From contig CM097885.1 in the NCBI GenBank assembly GCA_044892525.1, positions 930,001-994,000 of the forward strand: 64,000 nt of DNA, written 5' to 3'. This document shows positions 1 through 12,500 of the stretch, piece after piece (position 1 is the first letter of the stretch; each line of letters starts with the position of its first letter). The stretch comes from Schmidtea polychroa (lineage: Eukaryota). Below the pieces are notes generated by a model, which saw only the letters and a program-made list of their open reading frames with translations, did not search any database and was not told the origin of the DNA. A program made the translations under genes and the position numbers.

Positions 1-1300
1 ATAACGTCATCGATATCGATATCATATTCTCCAAAATCTTCTCCAACATCTTCAATAAATTCTTCCTCATCTTTTCCAACATTTTCATCAAATTTATCTC
101 CATCAATTTCTCCAATATTTTCTCCAACAATTTCTCCAACATTTTCACCAATATTTAATTCACTTAATCTTACATGCCTATATGCAAGACTAGTATTTTT
201 CCCCACCCAAACCCTTTTGTCATCTTTGTTAGTTAGTGCTATTTTATTATTTTTAATTGTAAAAATTTGATGATTTTTGTTTGTTAATTTTGTTTGAGGA
301 ATCGAAAAAATTTGATTAGTTTTATAACAATCCAGGTATGACTGATGTTTTATGTCACTACCTTTCAATGTTACACCTTTAGCCTTTTTTGTTTCCTCAT
401 CACCCAACAAGCTATAACACTTGGGTCTAAGAAAAACCCATTCCTTATATTTAAGACCTTTATTCTCGTCTTTGAACTTTCCAATGACAGAATCAAGGTT
501 CTTACTATATAAGGAATGACAACTATTGTAATTGTAAGTATGTAATAAATTATTTCGAATCATTGCAGGTAAAAGAACCTCAAGTTTACAGTTAATGACT
601 TCGAGGAAAAAAGAGTCTGTATCACCTGCAACGATATTAATTTTATTAACAAATTGATAAGAATCAATGAATCTTAAGCTTATTTTGTCTAAATGCGCAA
701 TCAAAGAAATAAATTTTTCAGTCGTGATTGGGATGCAACCTAAAGTCCAATTTTTAAATTTGTTTAAACCATATTTAAGAATATGGTGCATATCGTATCT
801 CTTCAAGTTGTGAAATACGATAGGCAAAATTTTATTTATTTTCCTATTTATGTTGCATGTGCTACAAGCTGCACCCAAGTATTTCCTAGTAAAATGATTG
901 TGATCTCTAACAGGATCGACGATACATTTCAAACAAAGGTAACAAACAGATGCACTAACAAATTGACGTTGTTCAATTTTTGTTAATTTCATCATAGGTT
1001 TGCTTCCCATTTTATAATAAAAAGGAAGAACCTTATTTAATGCTATATCCTCTATAGCACTTAAAAAACTCTCGACGCAATCTAAACCTATGAACTGTTG
1101 ATAAGATTTAGATCCATCAAAATTATTTACAAGTAAAAGACCAGAAGATATTGGCATGTGTCGTTTGAAATGAACATTATCGGAAGGTAAAATAGCCTCA
1201 AAATCGGCATCAGCTACAAAAGGAGGAGTTACTGTTTTCGACCAGTCAGTAAACTGTAATAATTTATTTTGCGGGAAGGTGTAAAGAATTGTTCCTAACT
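1..1300 (-). pseudogene. Polinton/Maverick-type pPolB fragment (subfamily 1), internally deleted
   Basis: Reverse complement matches 40585-41225 (AGDTDSFF, GKFKDE, FLRPKCYS, KKAKGV, DDKR, acidic tail), fused at ~650 to the match of ~37830-38490 (DHdHFT, FHNLKxYD, RFIDSYQF). About 2.1 kb is missing between the two blocks. Confidence 0.9.
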
Positions 1301-1302
1301 GA

Positions 1303-1835
1303 TTTTTTATGTGTTTAGTTAATGTTTATATGTTTTGTTATGTGTCTAGTTATTTTTATGTGTTTAGTTAATTTTTATGTGTTGTATAGTATTTGGTTGA
1401 AATAATAATATTATTATTAATCTATAAAAAAAAATTTCATTAAAAAAATTTACTTAAAAAATTAATCCACTAAAATTTTCGTTGAAAATTATCTTAAAAA
1501 ATTTTTATTAAAGATTTTCATTAAAAAATTTCAATTCTTAATTACTGACTATTATTCCAACTTTTTGTTAATAAATTTAAAAATCTTACTTTAATTTACT
1601 TATTACTTTAATTAAAAAATTTGAAACTTAATTTACTTATTTCAGCCCATTGATTACCAAATATATCTATTAATTTACTTTAATTCAAAAATCTTAGCCC
1701 ATAATTTACTATATTTCAATTTTTAGACCCTTAATTTACTGTAATTCAATTTTTGAACCATCATTTACTTTAATTTTAAATTTAAGAACCATAATTTACT
1801 TTAGTTTAAAAATTTGAACCTTAATTAACTAATAA
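1303..1835 (+). repeat. Polinton 3'-flank/TIR-like AT-rich region with ~30-bp subrepeats
   Basis: Starts with the same sequence as 41303 (ttttatgtgt.tagttaatgtttatatgttttg) and carries aaaattt.gacc.taatttact-type subrepeats like 41570-41990. Confidence 0.7.
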
Positions 1836-2599
1836 AAGTTAAATTATCATTTTCAATTAATATTTTACAAACATAAAATTACAATATTTGAAATTCTAAA
1901 TATCTCTATTAACATGTTTGCAATTAATTTTAAAAATACAAAAATTTTACAAAATTTTCAAATTGAATATTAAATATTTTTTTAATTTGCATTTGATAAT
2001 GTTTATTCTTAATAAGATTTTCCCATGAGAAAATTCATATTTGTTTAAATGCAAAACTTTAAATTTAATTCTATAAAAAAATTATTTTTCAAGACGTCTA
2101 AAAGCTCTAGGACAAGAAGAAAATACAGTTTAGAAAGGTAGTGAGTGAATTTCCTAATGAATTACAGAAGGGTATAGGACAAAGTTCCAGTTCTCTATTC
2201 TCAATTTATCATCAATCAGCAGCAACATTGACAAAGTTTATCTTAAACAAGCTGCAAATTTATATATAAAATTACATAAAAATTGTTGATAAATTGTTAA
2301 AGTTTTAATAATATATTTCGAATAATAAAAATTTCCCTTGATAAAATTCTGAATATGAAATAAATATTAAAAATTATATTAAAATTTAAAACTGTAAAAA
2401 TTTTAAATTTTATTTATAAATTTCATTTTTAAATTGTTTTATTAATCAATTTATTAGAAAATAATCTTAATGAAGCATTTTAAGTTTTATTTTAGTTTTA
2501 ACTAATTTTTCTAAATTTTATTTAAATTTATTTTTGTAGTCGTTTGTGATATGGAGGCCTTTAAGCAGTTAGTCTTAGTTAACGTAGCTCTCTTACAAA

Positions 2600-3640
2600 T
2601 TACCTTTTACCTTGACTGCATTGATGGAGGTGCTACTCGTCAAGAACCTACCTCATGCAGTTATCCATTTGTATGCCGAATGTCCTTTACCGTCGAACTT
2701 CCTGTGGCTTCGTCATAATCGTTCTTATTGGTCTAACAATGTACCGCACTACGTCGATCCCTCTTATAAGGTTTCTGAATTTCAACATTTTGATCTTATC
2801 ATAGCCCATTTTTGACTACTTTGGTGACAACATCAGAGTGCCTTCTTTTATTTTTTACCTTTTTAGGATCTGACCTTCACAGTGGATACATAAAGATTTT
2901 CAGCAAAAGCCTCAGCGATATGTAATTTCATTTATTTCCATTTTCAGCGTAGATTAGACTAGTAATGTCATGTAATTCTGAACACTTCTCATGCTTTCTT
3001 TCTTTATTTTCAATTTCTAGTTTAATATTTACATCCATCATTTTTATTTTTATTTTTATTTTTATTCTGATATTGCATTTATTATTTCTATGTAGATAGT
3101 TTAATACCTAAATCGGTATTCCTTACTAAATCGAAAGGTTTAAGCGGTCCTTATACATGCATCATACTGATCCCAGTTGGTGTATAAAATAAACTGCATT
3201 GATGAAGGTTCGAACCGTCATCGTTATCTCTCTTGCAGTCAGTCATTTGTGTGGACCTTTTCTTTGTCTTTTTTGCCAGATCCTCTATCTCAGTGGTAGA
3301 TAGGCCAATAATCCTTAGTATTGTGTATATTTATCCCAATACCCTAAGGTACCTATTACAAGGACATGTAACGTGTGTGGTCGTTTATGGAGGTGTCCGA
3401 TTTCCACTTGTTGTTCCACCGATTGTTCCACTTTACCAACTGTGCTTTAACAGCTTCGTACTCAGCCAGTGTGCTTATCCTTTCATCCCTGCACTCTTCA
3501 ATTTGTCAATTCGCCTATCACGCTTCGCAAGTAGAACTTCTGCTACTTGTTTGAATCCTTTCTGTGCATTCGGACCCCAACGGCAACTACTTACTCTTGC
3601 CGCTAGTATCTTTTTAAGTGTCCTAGTTAATACTGAGCAC
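2600..3640 (-). pseudogene. Degenerate, deleted R2-family fragments
   Basis: Blocks at ~2610-2740, 3155-3225, 3475-3540 and 3550-3637 resemble 6810-7010, 7096-7160 and 14320-14400 of the R2 copies. Confidence 0.7.
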
Positions 3641-3689
3641 GCTCTTCCTCTATTTTTGAAGGCTTTCTTAAATCGGCATCCAAGCTAGT

Positions 3690-4320
3690 TCGCTGGTCAT
3701 GTTTTCGGTTATTGGGAGTCATTTCCTAATATTTTTGATTTCAAGTTTTGGCTGGGTGCTTTGTTTTGCCTGTGTTTTAATAGAATGGGAATAGGTACCT
3801 TTTCTCGGAGAGATGCTTTTTCAGGAATGGTGATGTTGAAGTGATGGACTCCTTCTCCTGGTAGTATTCCTCACTATATCTGCGTATGTTTTTGATGTAG
3901 GTTCTTTTGCATTCATTTTGTTTTCGTCTAAGTACCAAATGATATAGATAAATATTGGAACTGGGGCATAATTTATTCATAATCCGAAGGCTTCAATGGT
4001 TATACGTCAGCTGCCTCCTGGCTTCTCTGATAAAATTCTCTTTTTCTCCTTGGAATTGCCGCCCATTTCTGCGCAGTGCTAGGAATCTTATATTGGAGTG
4101 ATTCTCCGAAGCACTGGTAAACGGCGGGAGTTATAATGTAACGATTGTTTTTGGAATCTTGCATGTAATATTTTTACGGAAAAGAGGTGCTAGGAAGTGA
4201 TTCTCCTAAGCGCTGGGAAACGGCGGGAGTAATCTGGTAATAATTTGAGTTTCTGAATAACATTAAAGAAATATTTTCACAGTAAAAAAGGGGACCTCCA
4301 TCAGGCATTATCTTTTTCAT
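3690..4320 (-). mobile_element. 5' region of a NeSL/R5-like retrotransposon with two 28S-like motifs
   Basis: 3987-4040 is homologous to 28455-28510. AAGC.CTGG.AAACGGCGGGAGT occurs at 4108-4131 and 4208-4232, and is shared with 13397/20149 at the 5' end of the long R5-like copies. Confidence 0.55.
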
Positions 4321-4324
4321 TTTC

Positions 4325-5786
4325 CTAAACTTTTAATTTTTCTATTTCTTTAACCTTTTTATAGAAAACTTTATTATCCTTTTCTATATTTGAAAATTTT
4401 ACATTATTAAAAGCGAAAATATCATTAATACCGCAATTTTGATTATTAATTACCGTTATTTTAGCTTTCGGATAATTTTGAAATAATAAATATGGCATTT
4501 TCATCCTTTTCCTTGTCATCGGGCGAGATTTTTTTCCAATCGGCCAGTGTGATTCCATCAAGTCCTGGAGCAGTGTTTTGGAGTTGTGAGAAGATTTATT
4601 ATTTAGGATCTTCGTTATCTCCTCTTTAGGTTTTGTTTTATATTTGGATCTTTTAATACAAAGCAGTTCATTTTTAGTCCAGGTTTTTTTATGGACAATG
4701 TCTGCTGGTTTTTTAATTTTCTTTTTTTTCCATTTCATTAAGGGCTGTTTCACGGTCCATATTGTCGTTATTTAAATTAGTTATTAAACCTTTAATAAGT
4801 GGGAGGTATTTTTTAATATTATCGTCAGGTATTTTGTAGGTAAAATAGTTTTCCTCAACAGTTCTGATATTTTTTTGCATAATAGTAATTTTAGGAATGG
4901 TTAGTTTAGTATTCTTTATCAGGCATTGGATGAGGTGGCACACAAAAAAGGCAACTGGGATATTCATATTTTGTGAGTGTAATTGGGAGTGGTGAAACGT
5001 TTTTTTGCAGATCAAGAATGGTATTCAGTATGCTATTAGCGAAAGATAAGTGTATGGAGTGGCTAGCGTCAAGTAAAGAATCTATTATAACAGCTAATTG
5101 TCTCCGCTTATCAAGATAAAAGAAAAACCAGTTGTCTTTGCCATTTGACATTGGCATAATAATTTCGTTCCACTCTGCGAAGTCTTTGAAGGGGAAGGAG
5201 GAGAAGAAGGTTTTGTAATTATGCTGGATTAGAAAGTTATCAACATAAGGGTCAACAAACATGGTAGATTTTTTCATGGCGAAAGAGTAAACGAAGCTGA
5301 TTCCTTATCCACGTTATTATAAGCAATCATTTGGTATTTCTCTACTATAGTTAAAATCAAAACCATTTAGACATTCTTCATCTGATGAAGTTTGTTTCCC
5401 TTCCTTTGTGTTTCAAGGTTATCTGCAATCACGTCCTGGGTGTTTTATACATTATTCATAATATTATAGTCATAATACTATTGTTAGTATTTGGTGGTAT
5501 TGGGTGGCGTTGAGCTATATGATTGATAATGCCATCTACTGGGACCCAGCTCCTACATGCACAGTATATATCGGCATTTTTAACAATAATTCCATTTCTA
5601 TGTTTTTTTGACATGTGCTCCCATACATATGCCAATGGAGTGTCCCAATTCCACGTCGTAAAGCATTTTTTGTAGTTCTTATTGTGGCTATTACATGTGA
5701 GGTGATTATTTTTGTCGATTTTAATAAATATCATTTTGAGGGTATCTTTATCATTTTGTATTTCATGCACATATTGTTCGACATAT
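4325..5786 (-). pseudogene. NeSL/R5-like retrotransposon fragment (subfamily B): C2H2 fingers + Ulp1-like domain
   Basis: Frameshifted ORFs 5456-5845, 4906-5277, 4713-5015 and 4325-4753. CxC..H..H finger and EIIMPMSNGKDNWFFFYLD motif. Homologous to 9522-11471 and near-identical to 24140-25310. Confidence 0.75.
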
Positions 5787-6026
5787 GCATTGACAATACA
5801 GATAATGTAAATACAAATAATGTATATAGTAATAATATTTATCAATTAATAACAAAATTACGGTTTATGAAGTAGGGGGACTCGATCTTGTCTGTCTACG
5901 CCAGTTAATCAAGCTTGACACGTAAATCCGGATAGGGGCTTCAAGCGGCTCACAAACACTGTGCGTTTTTCGCCGGAGTTATATTGCCTAACCCTACGGC
6001 GAGGCATCCTAAATAACTACCAGATA

Positions 6027-6219
6027 AAGGGACTTTTATTCCCTACTACAAGGGACTTTTATTCCCTACTACAAGGGACTTTTATTCCCTACTACAAGGG
6101 ACTTTTATTCCCTACTACAAGGGACTTTTATTCCCTACTACAAGGGACTTTTATTCCTTACTACAAGGGACTTTTATTCCCTACTACAAGGGACTTTTAT
6201 TCCCTACTACAAGGGACTT
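6027..6219. repeat. 23-bp tandem repeat (AAGGGACTTTTATTCCCTACTAC) x8.4 in R2 3' UTR
   Basis: Units start at 6027, 6050, 6073, 6096, 6119, 6142, 6165 and 6188, with a partial unit at 6211. No spacers. Confidence 0.95.
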
Positions 6220-6317
6220 GGGATGTAGACCAGTCGTCCACCGTAAACACTACGTTAACCACTGGAACAATCATGTGAGTCATATCAAATGTCTGAAGTG
6301 AATAAGGAAGTTTGGAA

Positions 6318-6809
6318 TTAGAGTCGACACCACGCACTATATAGTCGCGAAGTCCAGCTAAGTGTTTTTAGGGATAAAATCATCACATCATGCTTGCCGA
6401 GATTGATTCTCAACAAGCTCTCAAAGGAGGGCATAGCCATAAGACCTCGCCAGTTTAGAGTGACTGCTCCAAAACCCACCTCATATGCTCCTTTATTTTT
6501 AATCCATTGTGTGACTTCATCCACTTGATACTTACCTGCCTTCTCAGTTTTTCTAGTATAAAGATTCTCGTTGTCGTTGATGATCTGGACGTCCAGAACC
6601 ATCGCTTGGTTGTCTTTAAGAAGAATAAGATCCGGTTTGCGGTAGCTCTCCTTGTAGGGAGTAATCGGTTCTATTAATGCCTCCCACCCTTTGCTCCGTG
6701 CCGCAGACACTATATAATTAACTAACTTATTGTGCCTTTTTACTCTCAGACCATGCAAGTCTGGGCACTTCTGAGCAACCGACTTTACATATAAGAGGTC
6801 CTTTTGCAT
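6318..6809 (-). pseudogene. R2 CCHC zinc knuckle + restriction-like endonuclease (RLE) domain
   Basis: QKCP..HGLRVKRHNKLV, EP....RKPDLILLK...VLDVQI, K..KY, GAVTLNWRG are hallmark RLE motifs. Confidence 0.9.
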
Positions 6810-9521
6810 GCATTCTACTGATCCTAGTGGGTGTATACATTAAACTACCTCTCACTTTTACTGCATTGATGAAAGTTCGACCAGTCATCAATTTCCCTCG
6901 TGCAGTTAACAATTTGTGTGCACACTGCACTTCTTTGGCTTCACAAAGCCCTTTACCATCTAATTTACTATAAAGATTCATAGCAGTGGCTTCGTAGTAT
7001 TGTTTCTTGGTGGCTATTGGCGTCTCTTGTAGGAACAACGGTTTATTCCATTTTGCCAATTGTGACCTGACCGCTTCGTTCTCGGCCAATAAGCTTATCT
7101 TCTCATCCCTGCACTCTTCAATACGTCTAAGCCTATCACGCTTCGCAAATAGTACCTCTGTCAACAGGGCTGGCACACCCAGCCCCCATTTTTAATTTTA
7201 CTATTTATAAATGATGAACAAGTATCGGTTGGCAGGTGTAACCATTTGCGAACCGGGCCTCTAGTCATTTTATCCAATACCCCTAATTCGGTGGTATCGG
7301 TTTCCCCTAGCACAGCCTCATGTAAGATACCTGGTATCAAAAAGTCACTAATGCACCTCTAACTTTTGTTGCGGCTTAATAGGTGCCCTCGTAATATACT
7401 CAAGACGTTTAGTATAAAGATTGGATAGCTTTTTAGTAGTGCGACCAAGGGCTCCAAATTGGATCCCAAAATATTTATAGTAGTCGTCAGCTGACATGGC
7501 AGGGAACTCTTCCCCATCAGCACTTACGTTTTCGCTAGTAACCATCCATTTTTTCTGCTTACCGTCCCCTCGCGCTATAATGGAGGCACCTTAAAAGCAA
7601 TTCGGGATAACCCGCTAATTTCGCCGCTCTCATGATACTATCATGATTAACAGAATCGAAGGTCTTTTTCATATCGACAAAGGCAATTGCTACATTCCTA
7701 AATTTAGTTCGCGCATCAGAAAGGATGCAATCCAGCAAAGTGGTGTTTTCAAGGCACCCATCCACTGGCTAGCTTGAAGAGCGCAGCATGCGGTATAGTT
7801 CTCAAGGCCTTCGCGCTAATGCCGTCAGGACCACTAGCCGTTTTCAATTTCATCTTTTTCACAGCAGCTGCGATCTCCTCCAATGAGATGTGTGCAGCTA
7901 CTGACTTATCCTCAGTTGTCCTCTGGACAGGCCGGGTATCGGGTTCAGACTCTTTTTCGAAAACCTGTTTCCAATAGTCCCCTCTACCCGGCATTGGATC
8001 ATCCTCCAACAGCAGACTATCCAGCTTACCTTCAAGGATAGTGCTAGCGGCCGCACTTCGATCCTTCTGGAATAATCTCTGCAAATCCCCATAAATAGCT
8101 CTCTTCTTAGCTACCTTTATGTGCTTTTTAACCTTTGTACCATCCACGGGGACCTGGTACGTTTGGTTAAACTTGTTTTTCCTCTTTTTGAGTTTTACTT
8201 GAAACTGCTTAGTTACTGATAAGCAATATTCATCAAGCAAAACTCGTTGAGAATTTTCATCTTCAGTAAGGATGATCCTATCCAGTTGGTCCTCATGCCA
8301 AATGCTATGACCCTTGCTTCGAGGGAATTTCCTTAAAATAGTCATGATGTCTGGAGATGGACTCGTGGCTTGTATGTTCTCCATCGCCTCCTCCATGCCC
8401 ATCCCCTTCATCTTGTCTTCTAACTCTTTAAACACTGCTTTATATTTATTACTATCTAAGTGTTTGCGAATGGATTCCTTTGAACGTTTGAAGGCTGAAC
8501 ATCCAAGGTGAAGTATATCAAGAAGGTGAGATTGAGGTCTATAACGATTTTCAAGGTGAAGTTGAGCCATGAGGAGCTCTTCTTCATTACTCCAGTAATA
8601 AGCAGGTTTATTGGAAAGTTTCCTCAAGATGGCCTCTTCACGTAAGGTGCGATGGGATTTAGATATTTTACTTGAAACTGCTTAGTTACTGATAAGCAAT
8701 ATTCATCAAGCAAAACTCGTTGAGAATTTTCATCTTCAGTAAGGATGATCCTATCCAGTTGGTCCTCATGCCAAATGCTATGACCCTTGCTTCGAGGGAA
8801 TTTCCTTAAAATAGTCATGATGTCTGGAGATGGACTCGGGGCTTGTGGGTTCTCCATCGCCTGCTAACTCTTTAAACACTGCTTTATATCAGAACGTGTT
8901 CATTTCGGTTATCATGTCATCAGGAGTAATGATTTTTGGAGAGGCAGTGATGATCGGATTATCATTGTTGTCGAGGTCGGTATTGGAATTGAAGTTGATG
9001 AATTAGCATGGATATTTGATCTAGATGCTCAGTCGTAAGGGGTTCGGATAGGTCTTGATAGTTTGAGTTGATGGAGTTTATGAGTTCCGATATGGAAGTT
9101 GGATGGTCTTCATTAAGTTGATCATTTTCTTGGTTATTTTGGTGGATAAGTCTGGGTATTTGATTCAGATCTTCAGTAGCAAGGCGTTCGGAGAGGTCTG
9201 GATTTTGGTTAGTAGGATCATCAGGAGGCTTTTATAGCTAGTCTCTGAGTATTGGAGGTCAGCCATTTGCAGGGAGGGCATGATCTAAATAAATAAGTTT
9301 CGGGGCAGGAAGGCTCCCATGCAAAGTTTATAGCGAGAAATAAGTACTTATTATAATATATATTATAAGGAGTTAGTGAAGGTTGAGGTAAGTATATTAG
9401 TATTAATAGTTAATAGAGGTGTTGATTATAGTATCAATAGTATAATAATAATGATTATAGTATTAATAAAAACAACTAAAAAGACCACCAAATAGGCAGA
9501 ACCCCTACAAGGATTCCTACA

Positions 9522-12500
9522 TTAACCCATTCGGGTACGAAAGGATTTCCAGCATATTGGTGATCTGGAATTACGAAGGATGTTGTTACATAAGGCAAGG
9601 ATGAGCTCAAAGTTAGGAGATATCTTTCTCCAATCGCTTAGGGAGATTTTATCGGTACCAGGGGCAGTATTGTCGAGTTGGCAGAAGATACTTTTAATGT
9701 CATCAATGTCAAAGGGAATGATGGTTAATGATTCAGAGAGTGCTGGGTACTGATAGTTAAGGTTAAATGTGCAATCGGAGGTTTTGCTAGCAAAAAGTTT
9801 TAAAATATGATCCATATTTGGTGTATGTGTTTTCATTTGATTATTTAAGATTTTTGAAATTTCCTCTTTAGGAGCAAATTTATATTTTTGTCTCTTGGTA
9901 AATACCAGCTCTTTACTAACCTTATAATTTTTGTGAATAATGTCCGATGCTTTCTTTGTGATGTATTTATGAGGATTAATGCTTCCATTAATTCTCTCAA
10001 TCTCACTTAAGGCAGCATCGCATTCAATTAGATTGTTATTTAGATTAATAATTAGACAATTGATAAATGGTCGGAATTTCCGCACATCATCATTTGGCAA
10101 TTTGCAATAATTATAATTATTTATAGTAGTTTTAATATCATTAATCATATTAGTTACATTAGGGCAAGTTAATTTTTTACGTTTAATAAGGCATTCGATA
10201 AAGTGGCATATATAGAAAGCAGAGTCTGTAGGTACGAAGCAACGAGGGTATGCAGGATTTTGAAGTACAATTTGGACAGGGCTTACAATATTTTGGAGAT
10301 CAAGAATGGTTTCGAGGATATTCTGAGCTAATAAGAGGTGAGTAGAGAGGCTATCGTCAAGAAGCGGGTCAATGAGTACAGCAAGTTTACGATGTTTGTC
10401 AAGTAGAAAGAAGAACCAGTTGTCTTTACCATCAGACATGGGCATGATAATCTCATTCCAGTGAGCAAATTCAGAGAAAGGAAAGGTGGCAAAGAAGGTT
10501 ACATAGTTATGCTGAATAAGTGCATTTCCTATGAATGGGTCTACAAAAATAGAAGAGTTTTTCAAGGCATTTGAAAAGATATATGCCTTGATTGCATGTT
10601 GTGACCATCATGTCGACTCCTTCTCAACATTATTACCGAAGATAAGGGTATCAGGAAGGGGACGTTTGACAATTTCGCTTTCAGAGAAAATAGCCTCAAA
10701 TTCTTGCGACTCAAGAATTGGGCGCAAGTTGTTCACATTTTCAAGGGGGCTATCCTGTATCTGGGAGATCACAAGCGGAGTGGGGATATTGCCTGGATAC
10801 ACATAAGGTTCTGGGTGATATTCGAGGATATGTTGTCGAATAAGGTGATTGGAGATCCATGATCCACAGAAGCAGTATATTTCCTCGTCAGGGTAAAAGA
10901 TAAGTTTTTTATGTTTGACCTTTATGTGGTTAATAATGGTCATAAGGGGGGTGTCGATGTCAAAGATGGTTTTACATTTATTGCGATTTTTACTATAGTT
11001 GAAGCATATGAGGTTATTGGAGGGTGAAATCCGGATTTCAGCGCGGCTCATATATTCCAGGTCGCATTGGTCTATGTGTTGAAAGTGGGTGATGTGATTA
11101 TAAATTTGTTTGAAAGTTATTGGATTTGGCGCAAATTTATTCTCACCAGGAGTTCTACATTGAATGCAATCGATAAGAGTATTTTCGTCAATTTTTAATC
11201 TATGAAAGTCCCACGCGTGCTTAAAGATTTTTTTGCGATTATGGACAGAAACAGGACTGCAAAGTGTTGTCCTGCATTTGGACCTGCATTCGATTTTGCC
11301 CCTACCATTAAGTTTGAGAAGTATTTTGTTATCAAGTTCACTCTCATCTGCTGTTTTTGGGACGAAGGTATTGTGTGTGTGTTTGGCCAATGTTATGGGT
11401 GTGAGGTATTTAGGAGATGGGGCAGGGATATTATTTGCAATCACTTGTATTTTTTTATTAAATACTTCCATTTGTGATTGTATTCTTAATGCCTCTTGGA
11501 TTTCGTTGCATTCAGATTCAGAAGGAGTAGGTGCGGTGACTTAAGGTGTACTGCTAAGCTCAGTAGCGTTGGTAGTTTTAGATTGGATAAATTCAGGCGT
11601 ATTATGAAGACAGGCAGTTGTCATAGGGTTGTCAGTGTTGTTGTTGGAAGAGGAAGAGGCTGTGGGCTGGAGAGGTGGTTCTTGGTCGATAGAGGCTACA
11701 CTGCTGCTCGATAGATTCACATCATCTATGTCCGAGTTAAAAAGATCATTATTTGCCTGGGGATTTACAAGAGATTGAGATGGGTTTTGAGGAGTTTGAG
11801 AATTATACTCATCTATTGGAAGGGGGTCAATGGTGTCATCAAAGTCACAGCTGTAGTGTGAAGTGTCAAGAATGTATTCAGAGCAAGAGGAGGACGAGGG
11901 GTTAAGAGAGAGATCAGAGTCATTGTCAATAGTATCATTTAATGGAGAGCGTTTAACATGGGGAAGGGCAATGAGGGAATCATCAGTATTGTTCTCATAA
12001 TTATTAATTTTATTTTTATTTTTATAAATAGAGTAGAGGGTTGTGTATTTACCCTTACGTATGATTTTTTTAACAAAACAAGATTTTATTACTTTACTAT
12101 TGTTATCGTTAAAAATTGGAGGAAGGTTTTTAAGATCCTTGGGCTTATGGATGAAATCATTCCGGATAGGCTCAGAATAATGACGTTTCAAGGAAGTTCC
12201 AAGGTTTTTATTAGAAAGAGTTTGAGGTATAGTGTAAGTATTTCGATTGTCAGGTACATAATTAGCCATATTCACAGGAGAAAGAAAGGTATCAGTTGTT
12301 TGTGAGTTTGGAGTTTGATTATAAACTAAGTTGTTTAAGGTAGGTTCAGAACTAACGAGCTTTTCGCTGAAGGTGACAGTCTTTGAAGAGGCGAGTCGGC
12401 CGCAGGCCGGCGAGCTGCGTGTTTTCTTATGTTCCGAAGGAACACGAGAAAAATTTTTTTGAGAAAGAGTGTGGTTAAATAAGTGATATTTAAACAAAGA

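Larger units (their letters stand above)
5870..8667 (-). mobile_element. R2-clade non-LTR retrotransposon, 3' part with 3' UTR, internally deleted
   Basis: Myb region (WSNEEELLMA), RT pieces with deletions at ~7590 (removes YADD) and ~7771, thumb/linker 6727-7176, CCHC + RLE 6318-6809, then a GC-richer 3' UTR. Confidence 0.9.

Noticed and set aside
6027..6219. CRISPR-like palindromic repeat array
   Set aside because: Units are contiguous with no unique spacers, there are no cas genes, and the context is a eukaryotic retrotransposon UTR.
11541..11543. In-frame TAA in the subfamily A ORF as a second readthrough site
   Set aside because: Seen only in the two duplicated copies; no independent subfamily is available to show conservation, so likely decay.
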